Positions 38,471-46,939 of a stretch of 64,000 nt of DNA are shown here, one piece after another. A program made the translations under genes and the position numbers. Each line of letters begins with the position of its first letter. Within the stretch, counting starts at the first letter, position 1. The DNA comes from an uncultured Oscillospiraceae bacterium. GTDB lineage: Bacteria > Bacillota > Clostridia > Oscillospirales > Oscillospiraceae. Below the pieces are notes generated by a model. The model searched no databases. It was given only the letters and a program-made list of their open reading frames with translations, and was not told where the DNA came from. The stretch covers positions 80,406 to 144,405 of the forward strand of contig CANQXG010000001.1 in NCBI GenBank assembly GCA_947627735.1, read 5' to 3'.

Positions 38471-39665
38471 CGTGTACCTCCTCCACCAGGCAGTCCAGGC
38501 TCCCCCCGGACAGCCGCACATTGATCCTGTCGCCCGCCGACGCCTCCGACGCCCGGCGCAGGGCGGCGCCGTCCCGCTCGGCGATGGCGTATCCCCGGCC
38601 CAGCACCTTCAAAGGGCTGAGGGCGTCCAGCTTGGCCGCCAGGGCCACATGCTGCCGTCTGCGGGCGCTCACCGTCTTCTCCCCTGCCGCGGCCAATGCC
38701 GCGCGGGCATAGTCCAGCGCCATCCGCTTCGCCCCCAGATATACCTCCGGGTCGTTCAGCGCCGGCCTCCCGGCCAGCTCCGCCAGGCGCCTGCCCAGCT
38801 CGTCCAGCCGCTGCTCCATGGCCTGTCCCATGCGCAGGCCCGTCTCCGCCACCCATCCGGACACCTCCCGGATATCCGGTCCGGCGATCTCCGCGGCGTT
38901 GGAGGGCGTGGCCGCCCGCCGGTCCGCCACGTAGTCGGCGATGGTCACGTCCGGCTCATGGCCCACAGCGGATATGACGGGTATCTCCGAGTCATAGATG
39001 GCCCGGGCCACCCGCTCGTCGTTGAAGGCCCACAGGTCCTCCAGGGACCCGCCGCCCCGGCCTGTGATGATAAGCTCCGCCACCTGCCAGCGGTTGGCGT
39101 AGCGGATGGCGCCGGCGATCTCCGGCGGGGCCTCCGCCCCCTGCACCCGCACCGGCAGCAGCAGTATCTTCGCCAGGGGCCAGCGCTTTCCCAGCACCCG
39201 GATGATGTCGTGCACCGCCGCACCCGCGCCGCTGGTGATGACCGCCACCCGGCGGGGATAGGCGGGCAGGGGCTTTTTGTGGGCGGGGTCGAACAGCCCC
39301 TCCGCGTCCAGCTTCGCCTTCAGCTGCTCGAAGGCCACCTGCAGGTCGCCGGCGCCCTCGGGCATCATGTCCGTCACGTATAGCTGATAGGCCCCGTCCC
39401 GGGGATAGACGCTGACCCGGCCCGTGGCCGTCACGCCCATGCCGCTCTCAGGCCGGAACCGCAGCCGGGCGGCGCTGGAGCGGAACATCACGCACCGCAG
39501 ACTGCTCTGGGCGTCCTTCATGGTGAAGTAGTGGTGGCCGGAGGGGTAGACCTTGTAGTTGGACAGCTCCCCCCGCACCGTCACCTGGCTGAGCATGGGG
39601 TCGACGTCGAAAAGCCCCTTCACATACTCGTTCAGGGCCGATACGGTGAACACCCGCTCAGTCAT
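38445..39665 (-). CDS. xseA: exodeoxyribonuclease VII large subunit (406 aa)
   Basis: VFTVSALNEYVKGLFDVDPMLSQVTVRGELSN (OB fold) and ITGRGGGSLEDLWAFNDE. Confidence 0.93.
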   Translation of the reverse strand: MTERVFTVSALNEYVKGLFDVDPMLSQVTVRGELSNYKVYPSGHHYFTMKDAQSSLRCVMFRSSAARLRFRPESGMGVTATGRVSVYPRDGAYQLYVTDMMPEGAGDLQVAFEQLKAKLDAEGLFDPAHKKPLPAYPRRVAVITSGAGAAVHDIIRVLGKRWPLAKILLLPVRVQGAEAPPEIAGAIRYANRWQVAELIITGRGGGSLEDLWAFNDERVARAIYDSEIPVISAVGHEPDVTIADYVADRRAATPSNAAEIAGPDIREVSGWVAETGLRMGQAMEQRLDELGRRLAELAGRPALNDPEVYLGAKRMALDYARAALAAAGEKTVSARRRQHVALAAKLDALSPLKVLGRGYAIAERDGAALRRASEASAGDRINVRLSGGSLDCLVEEVHDGEEGKEL

Positions 39666-40134
39666 CGGGCCTGTCCTCCCCGCGGACCTCGCCCCGGTAA
39701 AAGCCGCCCAGAACGCCGTTGATAAAGGCCACCACGTCCGGCTCCTCATAGCCCTTGGCCAGCTCCACGGCCTCGTCCATGGACGAGGCATCCGGCACGT
39801 CGGGCATGTACAGGATCTCATACATGGCCTGGCGCAGGATGGCCGCGGCGCTGCGGCTGATGCGCTCCGGCCGCCAGCCCTTGGCGTACTTGCCGATGTA
39901 GCCGTCCAGCTCCTGCCGTCTGGCCGTCACCCCGGACACGCTCTCCAGGATGAAATCCCTGGCCTTTTTGGTGGGGGCGGCGGCATACAGCTCGCCCTCC
40001 TCCGCCAGGGAGGCGTAGTGCTCCGGCTCGAAGAAGGCCTCCACCGCCGCGGCGGGGTCCTGGCCGGAGCCGGCCACGGAGAAGCCCAGCTGGATGGCGA
40101 TCTCCCTCGCCTGGGGTCTGGTCATATTGCTCAT
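39658..40134 (-). CDS. nusB: transcription antitermination factor NusB (158 aa)
   Basis: TRPQAREIAIQLGF and RISRSAAAILRQAMYEILYMPDVP. The ATG at 40134 has a GGAGGG RBS. Confidence 0.88.
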   Translation of the reverse strand: MSNMTRPQAREIAIQLGFSVAGSGQDPAAAVEAFFEPEHYASLAEEGELYAAAPTKKARDFILESVSGVTARRQELDGYIGKYAKGWRPERISRSAAAILRQAMYEILYMPDVPDASSMDEAVELAKGYEEPDVVAFINGVLGGFYRGEVRGEDRPDD

Positions 40135-40164
40135 AATTCCCTCCGATGCCCGAAAATGCGACAA

Positions 40165-40184
40165 GGAGCCCCTGACGGGGCTCC
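40165..40184 (-). other. intercistronic hairpin between asp23 and nusB
   Basis: ggagcccc-tgac-ggggctcc, an 8-bp stem with no U tract. Confidence 0.35.
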
Positions 40185-40203
40185 GGTCGGTTCGCTCAGG
40201 CGA

Positions 40204-40563
40204 TCACTTGTCAAAGGATATACCCGTCACGTGGACGTTCACCACCGCGTTCATGCCGGTGACAGACTCCACCTCGCTGCACACCGCGTCCTGGACGCGG
40301 ATGGCGGTGTCGGTGACGCTGCCGGGGGCGCGGACATTGATAAGCACATCCACGGTGATCTTCTCGTCGATAAAGCGGATCTTCAGGCCCTTCACCGGGT
40401 TCTTCCGCCCGAACAGCTCCGCCAGCTCCGGGGTGGTGGGGCTGCCCAGGCCGGCCACGCCCTCCACCTCGCCCACGGCGGCGGCCACCATCACGGCGAC
40501 CACGTCCTCGGAGATGTTGACGGTGCCCTTGTCCTCCTGCTTGGTGATGTAGTTCTCTGCCAT
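40204..40563 (-). CDS. Asp23/Gls24-family envelope stress protein (119 aa)
   Basis: GTVNISEDVVAVMVAAAVGEVEGVAGL and KITVDVLINV are typical Asp23-family sequence. GGAGGA RBS before MAENYI. Confidence 0.88.
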   Translation of the reverse strand: MAENYITKQEDKGTVNISEDVVAVMVAAAVGEVEGVAGLGSPTTPELAELFGRKNPVKGLKIRFIDEKITVDVLINVRAPGSVTDTAIRVQDAVCSEVESVTGMNAVVNVHVTGISFDK

Positions 40564-40604
40564 CGCCCTGTCCTCCAAACGTTCCATCGCAAGATTCTCT
40601 CAGT

Positions 40605-40613
40605 ATTATAGCA
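40605..40613 (-). promoter_or_regulatory. extended -10 element (TGCTATAAT) upstream of asp23
   Basis: On the minus strand, TGcTATAAT lies about 40 nt upstream of the asp23 ATG. No convincing -35. Confidence 0.4.
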
Positions 40614-40641
40614 TAGGACCCGAAAAAAAGGAAGAGGCAGT

Positions 40642-41202
40642 TTACTCCGTCACTTCAATAATATTCAAGGCCTGGGCGGTGTAATCGGTGTTCTCCACCA
40701 CCGCCTGGGTGATCTGGGCCACCTGGGTGCTGGTCAGGCCGTCCACCGGCGCGGGCACCGCCACGGTGACGCCCTCGTCGTTGACGAACACCACGCAGTC
40801 GGTGAAGTTCTTGGCCAGCAGCTGGTTTTCCAGCAGGGTCTCCTGCAGGTTCCAGCTGGCCATGGCGTTGATCTGGCGCATGGACTCGTCGATGACCTCC
40901 TGGGAGGTGTCCTGGCCGGAGCAGGCCTGCTCCAGCAGGGCCAGCGCCTCGTCCCGGGAGGACTGGCGGGTCAGTCGGGCCTCGTCAAAATAGGCCGCCA
41001 CCGCCACGTCGGCGCTGTCCGTGCCGGCGGAGGCCGCCGTATAGGCCTCGTTGGCCGCCTGGGTGGCCGCGTCCTCCGCCTCCACCATGGCCGGGTCCGC
41101 CGCGCCCCAGCGGCTGTTGTAGGACCAGTTCAGATACACCGCCGCGCCCACGAACACCAGCACCGCGGCGATGACGATGTTCCGTTTCAGATTTCTCCTC
41201 AA
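40642..41202 (-). CDS. spoIIIAH: stage III sporulation protein AH (186 aa)
   Basis: N-terminal TM (NIVIAAVLVFVGAAVYLNW) plus a YscJ/FliF-like C-terminal domain (DCVVFVNDEGVTVAV...LTSTQVAQI). It is the last gene of the spoIIIA array. Confidence 0.85.
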   Translation of the reverse strand: MRRNLKRNIVIAAVLVFVGAAVYLNWSYNSRWGAADPAMVEAEDAATQAANEAYTAASAGTDSADVAVAAYFDEARLTRQSSRDEALALLEQACSGQDTSQEVIDESMRQINAMASWNLQETLLENQLLAKNFTDCVVFVNDEGVTVAVPAPVDGLTSTQVAQITQAVVENTDYTAQALNIIEVTE

Positions 41203-41549
41203 TTTTCATCCCTCCAGCTTTGATTCATTTTGAAGATCGCGATCTTGTCCGCGCCCAGTCCGGTATAGCACCGCACCGCCTCGACGATGTCCAGCCGGGC
41301 CACGGCGCTATCCGCCCCCTGGCAGACCACCGCCGCGCCCCGCTCCGACAGCAGCACCCGTGTCCGGCCCACGCCCTCCATGCTGGACAGCAGCGTTTCC
41401 AGCCGGGCCTCCTCCGTTTCGCCGGCGGCGCTATCCCGGCTCTGGCCGCCGGCGGGCCACAGCAGCAGCGCCAGGCCCACGGCGGCCACCAGCAGCACGT
41501 ACTTCATCCGCCCGGCCCAGCCGCCGGCAGCGCCCGCCCCGTCAGCCAT
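41199..41549 (-). CDS. spoIIIAG: stage III sporulation protein AG (116 aa; start uncertain, alternative ATG at 41507)
   Basis: TM segment YVLLVAAVGLALLLW followed by LETLLSSMEGVGRTRVLL...AAVVCQGA, the conserved SpoIIIAG core. Confidence 0.8.
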   Translation of the reverse strand: MADGAGAAGGWAGRMKYVLLVAAVGLALLLWPAGGQSRDSAAGETEEARLETLLSSMEGVGRTRVLLSERGAAVVCQGADSAVARLDIVEAVRCYTGLGADKIAIFKMNQSWRDEN

Positions 41550-42012
41550 CGCTGCGCCAGCTCTGTCTGGCGGCGGGGATGCCCAGCTGCCCCTCGATGG
41601 CCGCGGACAGTGCCCCGTCGTAGGCGGCGTCCACCGCGGCGGACCAGGGCACCCAGATCAGCGCGTCCTCGTCCCAGCGGGCCGTGACGCGCACATCCCC
41701 CACGGGCCTGCCCGCCTCGGCCGCTTTGTCCGATATATATGCCTGGCAGCGCTGTTCTATGTATGTCCGATCCATATATCTCGCCTCCTGTTCCGCCTCA
41801 TCCACGATCTCATCCGCCCGCCGGCGGTACTCTGCCATGCCCGCCGCCAGGCCGTCCACGTCCAGGCGCACCACGGGCGACACCACCGCCAGGGCGCACA
41901 GGATGCCGCAGGCCAGGCGTGTCACCTGCCGCACCCGGCCCTTGGGCGTCAGGGCCATGGCCCCCGCCGCCAGCACCGATGCCGCCGTCACCGCGGCGAT
42001 CCACTCTCTCAC
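41542..42012 (-). CDS. spoIIIAF: stage III sporulation protein AF (156 aa)
   Basis: GTG start overlapping the spoIIIAE stop (GTGA). Two N-terminal TM segments, then a soluble domain. Position and size fit SpoIIIAF. Confidence 0.75.
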   Translation of the reverse strand: MREWIAAVTAASVLAAGAMALTPKGRVRQVTRLACGILCALAVVSPVVRLDVDGLAAGMAEYRRRADEIVDEAEQEARYMDRTYIEQRCQAYISDKAAEAGRPVGDVRVTARWDEDALIWVPWSAAVDAAYDGALSAAIEGQLGIPAARQSWRSDG

Positions 42013-43073
42013 GGTGTAAGCACCTCCGCTCCCAGTACCACCGACACGAACAGCATCGCCCCCGCGCTGCCCACCAGCCCCAGGGCCATGCCGTAGGCGG
42101 CGGCGATGTTCCCCACCAGCGCCGCCAGCCGCCCCTCGGCGAAGGGTTCGGCGATGCTGGCCGCCGCCTTGAAAAGCACATAGTGCAGCCCCAGGCTCAG
42201 CGCCGGCCCCACGCACACGCACAGCACCGCCGCCAGCCCGAATATGCCCACCGCGCCCCGCAGCAGCGCAGCCCCTGCCACGTAGGTGTCCGCCGCGTCC
42301 GCCAGGATGGACCCCACCACCGGCAGCGCCGCGGAGATGGCGCTCTTGGCCAGGCTCCCCGCCGCCTTGTCCGCCGCGCCGGCCACCGCCCCCGTCAGGG
42401 TGAGGGTCAGGGTGAACACGGTGGTCAGCCCCGCCAGGAGGGTGGTGCACACCCACCCCATCAGCTTCACCGGCCCGCCCAGCGCCCCGGAGGGCAGGGC
42501 CGCGTTGGCGGTGCTGGCCGCGGCGTAGGCGTAGATGAGCGGCAGTATCAGCTGCATCCCCACCGACATGAGCACGTCCATGAACAGGGCGGACGCGGCG
42601 TACTTGGCCGCGGCGGAGGCCCCGTGTCCCGCCGCCGCGGCGGCGGCCGTCACCGTGGGCAGCAGCGCCCGGGAGAAGTCCCCCAGCTCTATGAGAGCGG
42701 TCCTCGCCTGGGCCAGGAACGAGCGCATGTCCCCCGCGCAGGCGCCCATGATGGCCAGCGCGCCCCCCAGCAGGATCACCTCCGGGGCCTTCCCGTCCTC
42801 CGCCATGGCCGCCGCCATGGAGCACAGAAGTGTCACCGTCAGGGCCACCGCGGCGCTCCCCGCCGCCCGGCGCAGGGCGCCGGACAGCTTCTCCAGCGCC
42901 CAGGTGCCGATCCGGCTCCAGACGCCCCCGCCGGCGGCGTCCTCCACGGTCATCTCCCCCAGTATCTCCTGGGCGGAGGGGGGCAGGGCCTCCTCCAGCG
43001 CCGACATGTCCGCCGCCAGGGCAGGCGTGGACAGCGCCAGGCACAAAATAAGCATCACCGCCAGCGTCCTCAC
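42009..43073 (-). CDS. spoIIIAE: stage III sporulation protein AE (354 aa)
   Basis: GTG start overlapping the spoIIIAD stop. Signal-like N-terminus VRTLAVMLILCLALSTPALA, then a polytopic Ala/Gly-rich membrane domain typical of SpoIIIAE. Confidence 0.85.
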   Translation of the reverse strand: MRTLAVMLILCLALSTPALAADMSALEEALPPSAQEILGEMTVEDAAGGGVWSRIGTWALEKLSGALRRAAGSAAVALTVTLLCSMAAAMAEDGKAPEVILLGGALAIMGACAGDMRSFLAQARTALIELGDFSRALLPTVTAAAAAAGHGASAAAKYAASALFMDVLMSVGMQLILPLIYAYAAASTANAALPSGALGGPVKLMGWVCTTLLAGLTTVFTLTLTLTGAVAGAADKAAGSLAKSAISAALPVVGSILADAADTYVAGAALLRGAVGIFGLAAVLCVCVGPALSLGLHYVLFKAAASIAEPFAEGRLAALVGNIAAAYGMALGLVGSAGAMLFVSVVLGAEVLTP

Positions 43074-43456
43074 GGCAGCCTCCCCGCCATGTCCAGCAGC
43101 GCCCGGACCAGGGGCAGCGCCGCCCCCAGGGCGCAGGCCGCCCCCGCCAGCTCCACCGCCGACGCCGGCGCGCTCTGGCCCGCGTCCCGGCACAGGTCCG
43201 CCGCCAGGCGGGTGATGACGCCGATGCCCACGCACTTCAATACCGGCGTCACCACCGCCGGGCTGAGGCCCGTCTGTTCCCTGGCCATGGTCGCCACCTC
43301 CTCCAGCTGGCTGATAAGGCCGGCGGCCAGGCCCGCCGCCGCCAGCGTCACGGCGATGCCCAGGGCCAGGGCCAGCTCCGGCACGTCCTTTTTCAGCACC
43401 ATGGCCATCAGCGCCCCCGCCAGCGACAGGGCCGCCGCCTTGATGAGCAGGCTCAT
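43070..43456 (-). CDS. spoIIIAD: stage III sporulation protein AD (128 aa)
   Basis: MSLLIKAAALSLAGALMAMVLKK and LKCVGIGVITRLAADLCRDAGQ, the conserved SpoIIIAD sequence. Confidence 0.9.
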   Translation of the reverse strand: MSLLIKAAALSLAGALMAMVLKKDVPELALALGIAVTLAAAGLAAGLISQLEEVATMAREQTGLSPAVVTPVLKCVGIGVITRLAADLCRDAGQSAPASAVELAGAACALGAALPLVRALLDMAGRLP

Positions 43457-43650
43457 CCCAGCTCGAACAGCTGCCGGATCAGCTGGAACAGCTCCGCGAT
43501 CCGCTGCACCAGGATCACCAGCACCACCACCAGCCCCGCGATGGTGGTCATCAGCGCCTGCTCCTCCCGCCCGGAGCGGGTCAGCAGCAGGTTCAGCACC
43601 GCCACCAATATCCCCACCGCCGCTATCTTGAATATCAGATCAACGTCCAT
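43453..43650 (-). CDS. spoIIIAC: stage III sporulation protein AC (65 aa)
   Basis: MDVDLIFKIAAVGILVAVLNLLLTRSGREEQALMTTIAGLVVVL, canonical SpoIIIAC. Confidence 0.9.
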   Translation of the reverse strand: MDVDLIFKIAAVGILVAVLNLLLTRSGREEQALMTTIAGLVVVLVILVQRIAELFQLIRQLFELG

Positions 43651-43664
43651 GTCCCCATCCTTCG

Positions 43665-44162
43665 TTACAGCAGCAGCACCGCCACCGCCGCCGCGCCCGC
43701 CGCGCCCAGTCCCACCGCCATCCGGCTCCGCTCCGCCAGATCCCGCCGGGCACGCTCCCCGGCAAGTGCCAGCGCCCGCCGGCAGCCCGCCGCGGCGGAC
43801 ACCTGCTCCTCGGCCCCGTACCGGCCCAGCACCGGCCCCAGCGGGCGCAGCATCTCCCCCGCCTGCCGGGGCAGCAGCGCCAGCGCCTGGTCCCATATCT
43901 GTGCCATGTCCCGCTGCCCCAGGTGCGCCAGCCCCTCCGATACCGCGGCGCAGAACCGGCCTGTCCGCCCTGTTGCCTGGCCGCGCAGCCGCTCAAACAG
44001 CGCCGGCATGGGGGTGTGGAACCGGTCCAGCTCGAATTCCATGGTCTCCAGCATCCGGCACAGCTGCTCCAGCAGCTCCGCCCGTTCCCGCGTCCTCCGG
44101 ACCCACTCCAGCCCCGCCATGGCCCCGGCGGCGGTGATGAGCGCCGCGCCGATCAGGCGCAT
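43665..44162 (-). CDS. spoIIIAB: stage III sporulation protein AB (165 aa)
   Basis: MRLIGAALITAAGAMAGLEW, RMLETMEFELDRFHTPMPALFERL and a C-terminal TM. It overlaps the spoIIIAA end. Confidence 0.85.
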   Translation of the reverse strand: MRLIGAALITAAGAMAGLEWVRRTRERAELLEQLCRMLETMEFELDRFHTPMPALFERLRGQATGRTGRFCAAVSEGLAHLGQRDMAQIWDQALALLPRQAGEMLRPLGPVLGRYGAEEQVSAAAGCRRALALAGERARRDLAERSRMAVGLGAAGAAAVAVLLL

Positions 44163-45031
44163 GGGACCCGCTCCACGGCGTAGCGCCGCGCCCCCGCGGC
44201 CGCGTCGATCCACACCAGACGCTGAAAGCACCCCGCCTCCACCAGCCGGCGGCAGGACCCGCTCATCCGCTCCCCCCGCCGGCCATGGACCGTGGCCAGC
44301 AGCATGGCCCCGCAGCCCGCCGCCGCCAGCAGCGCCCGGGCGTCCTCCCCGCCGCCGATCTCGTCCATGGCCACCACCTGGGGGTTCATGGCCCGGGCCA
44401 GCATCCCCACGGCCTCTGCCTTGGGCGCACCGGTGAGCACGTCGGCGCAGGGGCCGAGATCGAACGCCGGCGCGCCTTCCCAGGCCCCGGCGATCTCCCC
44501 CCGCTCGTCCGCCACCGCCACCCGCGTGCCCTCCCAGGACAGCCTTCGCACGATCTCCCGCAGCAGGGTGGTCTTTCCCGCCCCCGGCGGGGCGGCGATG
44601 AGGCAGGAGCGAAAGCCCCCGGCGGTGAGAGCGGGCCATATGCCGTCGGCGCAGCCCGCCGCCTCATGGGGCACCCGCAGGGCCATGGAGGATATGTACC
44701 GCACCCCCTCCATGCCTCCGGGACCCATGACCGCCGTGCCGCACACCCCCACCCGCACCCCGCCGGGGGCGGTGAGGTACCCGGCCCGCAGCTGCTCCGC
44801 CGCGGCGTGAAGGCTGGCGCCTGTGGCCGCCTCCGCCACCGCGCGCAGGTCCTGCTCCGTCACCGCCGGCGCCGGCAGGGGATACTCCCTGCCCGCCAGC
44901 AGCGCCGTCATGGCCCGGCCCTGGCGCAGCCGCAGCTCCTCGCACACGGCCCGCTCCTCCGGCGGCAGCGCCTCCGCCGCCGTGCGCAGCCGCCCCGGCA
45001 GCAGCGCCGAGGCCGCCCGATACCCGTCCAT
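44153..45031 (-). CDS. spoIIIAA: stage III sporulation protein AA, secretion-ATPase-like (292 aa)
   Basis: Walker A APPGAGKTTLLREI and Walker B VVAMDEIG. It is the first gene of the spoIIIA array. GAGGTG RBS. Confidence 0.9.
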   Translation of the reverse strand: MDGYRAASALLPGRLRTAAEALPPEERAVCEELRLRQGRAMTALLAGREYPLPAPAVTEQDLRAVAEAATGASLHAAAEQLRAGYLTAPGGVRVGVCGTAVMGPGGMEGVRYISSMALRVPHEAAGCADGIWPALTAGGFRSCLIAAPPGAGKTTLLREIVRRLSWEGTRVAVADERGEIAGAWEGAPAFDLGPCADVLTGAPKAEAVGMLARAMNPQVVAMDEIGGGEDARALLAAAGCGAMLLATVHGRRGERMSGSCRRLVEAGCFQRLVWIDAAAGARRYAVERVPCA

Positions 45032-45050
45032 GCCATCACCTCACAGGACA

Positions 45051-45080
45051 AGTCTATTGGCCCGGCCCCGCCGATATGAC
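45051..45080 (-). promoter_or_regulatory. candidate sigma-E-type promoter of the spoIIIA operon
   Basis: On the minus strand: TCATATC, a 14-nt spacer and AATAGACT, compared with the sigma-E consensus (T/G)HATAxx-14-CATACAHT. The match is partial and the inferred leader is very short. Confidence 0.3.
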
Positions 45081-45114
45081 AGGCAATGTTTAACACTCTG
45101 TTCACATCGGGCGG

Positions 45115-45143
45115 TTGACTTTGCCGGTGAGATTTGTTAACAT
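45115..45143 (+). promoter_or_regulatory. putative sigma-A promoter of the ABC exporter operon
   Basis: TTGACT, a 17-nt spacer and TAACAT, about 50 nt upstream of the ATG at 45194 (AAAGGAG RBS). Confidence 0.55.
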
Positions 45144-45193
45144 GATTCAGTTACATTAAATGTTTTATACTTGAAAGGAGCGCTCTTTTCCCC

Positions 45194-46939
45194 ATGCGTG
45201 AGATCCTGACAGGCTACTGGGGCAAGTACAAAAACTCCCTGATCCTGACACCCATTTTCGTCCTGCTGGAAACGGTGGTGACCCTGGCGCTGCCCACGCT
45301 GATGAGCAACATCGTGGACGTGGGCGTGGCCGGCGGCGACAGGCGTTACATCATCCTATGCGGCTTGGCCATGGCGGTGCTGGCGCTGGTGAGCGCCGTG
45401 TCCGGCTTCATCAGCACCTGGAACGCCTCCCGGGCGGCCAACGGCTTCGGCTCCAACTTGCGCCAGGCCCTGTACCGTCACATCCAGGAGTTTTCCTTCG
45501 CCGACATCGACCGGTTCTCCACCGCCAGCCTCATCACCCGCACTACCAGCGACGTGCGCCAGCTGCAGATGGCCGTGCAGATGATGCTGCGCACCTTCAT
45601 CCAGGCGCCGTTCCAGCTGCTGGTGGCCATGACCATCGTCGTCAGCTACAGCTGGCGGCTTGCCCTGATCTTCCTGGTGGCGGTGCCGGTGCTGTTCGTG
45701 GGCGTGATAACGGTGATGACCTTCGTGGATAAGCTGTTTCTGGTGGTGCAGCAAAAGCTGGACGCCATGAACGCGGACATCCAGGAGAACCTGATCGCCA
45801 TCCGGGTGGTGAAGGCCTTCGTCCGCCAGCGCTACGAGCGGGAGAAGTTCAAGAAGGCCAACGACGAGCTGACCCGCTCCAACCTGAAGGCGGTGGGCGT
45901 TATCATCGCCATGAGTCCTCTTTCCACCATCATCCTGAACGTGGTGACGCTGTGCATCTACTGGTTCGGCGGAAAGATGGTGGCCACCGGCCAGATCGAG
46001 AAGGGGCAGCTTTTGGCGGTGGTCAGCTACCTGACCCAGATCTTAATGAGCGTGATGATGTTCTCCATGGTGCTGATGCAGTACACCCGCTCCCGGGCCT
46101 GCGGCAAGCGCATCGCCCAGGTGCTGGACACGGTGCCGGACATCCAGGACCCGGCGGACGCCCCGGTCCGGAGGGTGGAGGCCCGCCACGGCTCCGTGGA
46201 GTTTCGGGACGTGTCGTTCCGCTACTCCCGCACGGGCAACGGCGAGGACGTGCTGAAAAACATCTCCTTCAAGGCGGAACCCGGCCAGACCGTGGCCATC
46301 GTGGGCGGCACCGGCTCGGGCAAGTCCAGCCTGGTGAACCTGATCCCCCGGTTTTACGACGTATCCGCCGGGGCCGTGCTGGTGGACGGCGTGGATGTGC
46401 GCGACTACCGGCTGCAGGACCTGCGGGACGCGGTGGGCATGGTGCTGCAGAAAAACGTCCTGTTCACCGGCACCGTACGGGAGAACATCGCCTGGGGCGA
46501 CGAGCACGCCACCGACGACGAGATCATCGCCGCGCTGAAAAGCGCCCAGGCCTGGGACTTCGTCAGCCGCATGCCCGAGGGGCTGGACACCATGCTCCAG
46601 CAGGGCGGCACCAACGTCTCCGGCGGGCAGAAGCAGCGGCTCTGCATCGCCCGGGCCATGCTGAAAAAGCCCCCCATCCTCATTCTGGACGACAGCACCA
46701 GCGCCGTGGACTCGGACACGGAATCCCGCATCCGGGACAGCTTCTCCCGGGAGCTGGCGGACACCACCGTGTTCATCATCGCCCAGCGCATCTCCTCCGT
46801 GGTGAGCGCGGACAAGATCGTGGTGCTGGACGAGGGCACCATCGAGTCCGTGGGCACCCACGACGAGCTGATGGCCTCCAGTCCCATTTACCGGGACATC
46901 TATTCATCTCAGGTGGAGGAGGCGCTGGCAGATGGCTGA
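45194..46939 (+). CDS. ABC exporter half-transporter (TMD-NBD), subunit with degenerate NBD (581 aa)
   Basis: Six-TM type I exporter fold. Walker [10 protein letters not shown], signature VSGGQKQR, Walker [10 protein letters not shown] (D replaces the catalytic E), and switch IIAQR (Q replaces H). Confidence 0.9.
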   Translation: MREILTGYWGKYKNSLILTPIFVLLETVVTLALPTLMSNIVDVGVAGGDRRYIILCGLAMAVLALVSAVSGFISTWNASRAANGFGSNLRQALYRHIQEFSFADIDRFSTASLITRTTSDVRQLQMAVQMMLRTFIQAPFQLLVAMTIVVSYSWRLALIFLVAVPVLFVGVITVMTFVDKLFLVVQQKLDAMNADIQENLIAIRVVKAFVRQRYEREKFKKANDELTRSNLKAVGVIIAMSPLSTIILNVVTLCIYWFGGKMVATGQIEKGQLLAVVSYLTQILMSVMMFSMVLMQYTRSRACGKRIAQVLDTVPDIQDPADAPVRRVEARHGSVEFRDVSFRYSRTGNGEDVLKNISFKAEPGQTVAIVGGTGSGKSSLVNLIPRFYDVSAGAVLVDGVDVRDYRLQDLRDAVGMVLQKNVLFTGTVRENIAWGDEHATDDEIIAALKSAQAWDFVSRMPEGLDTMLQQGGTNVSGGQKQRLCIARAMLKKPPILILDDSTSAVDSDTESRIRDSFSRELADTTVFIIAQRISSVVSADKIVVLDEGTIESVGTHDELMASSPIYRDIYSSQVEEALADG

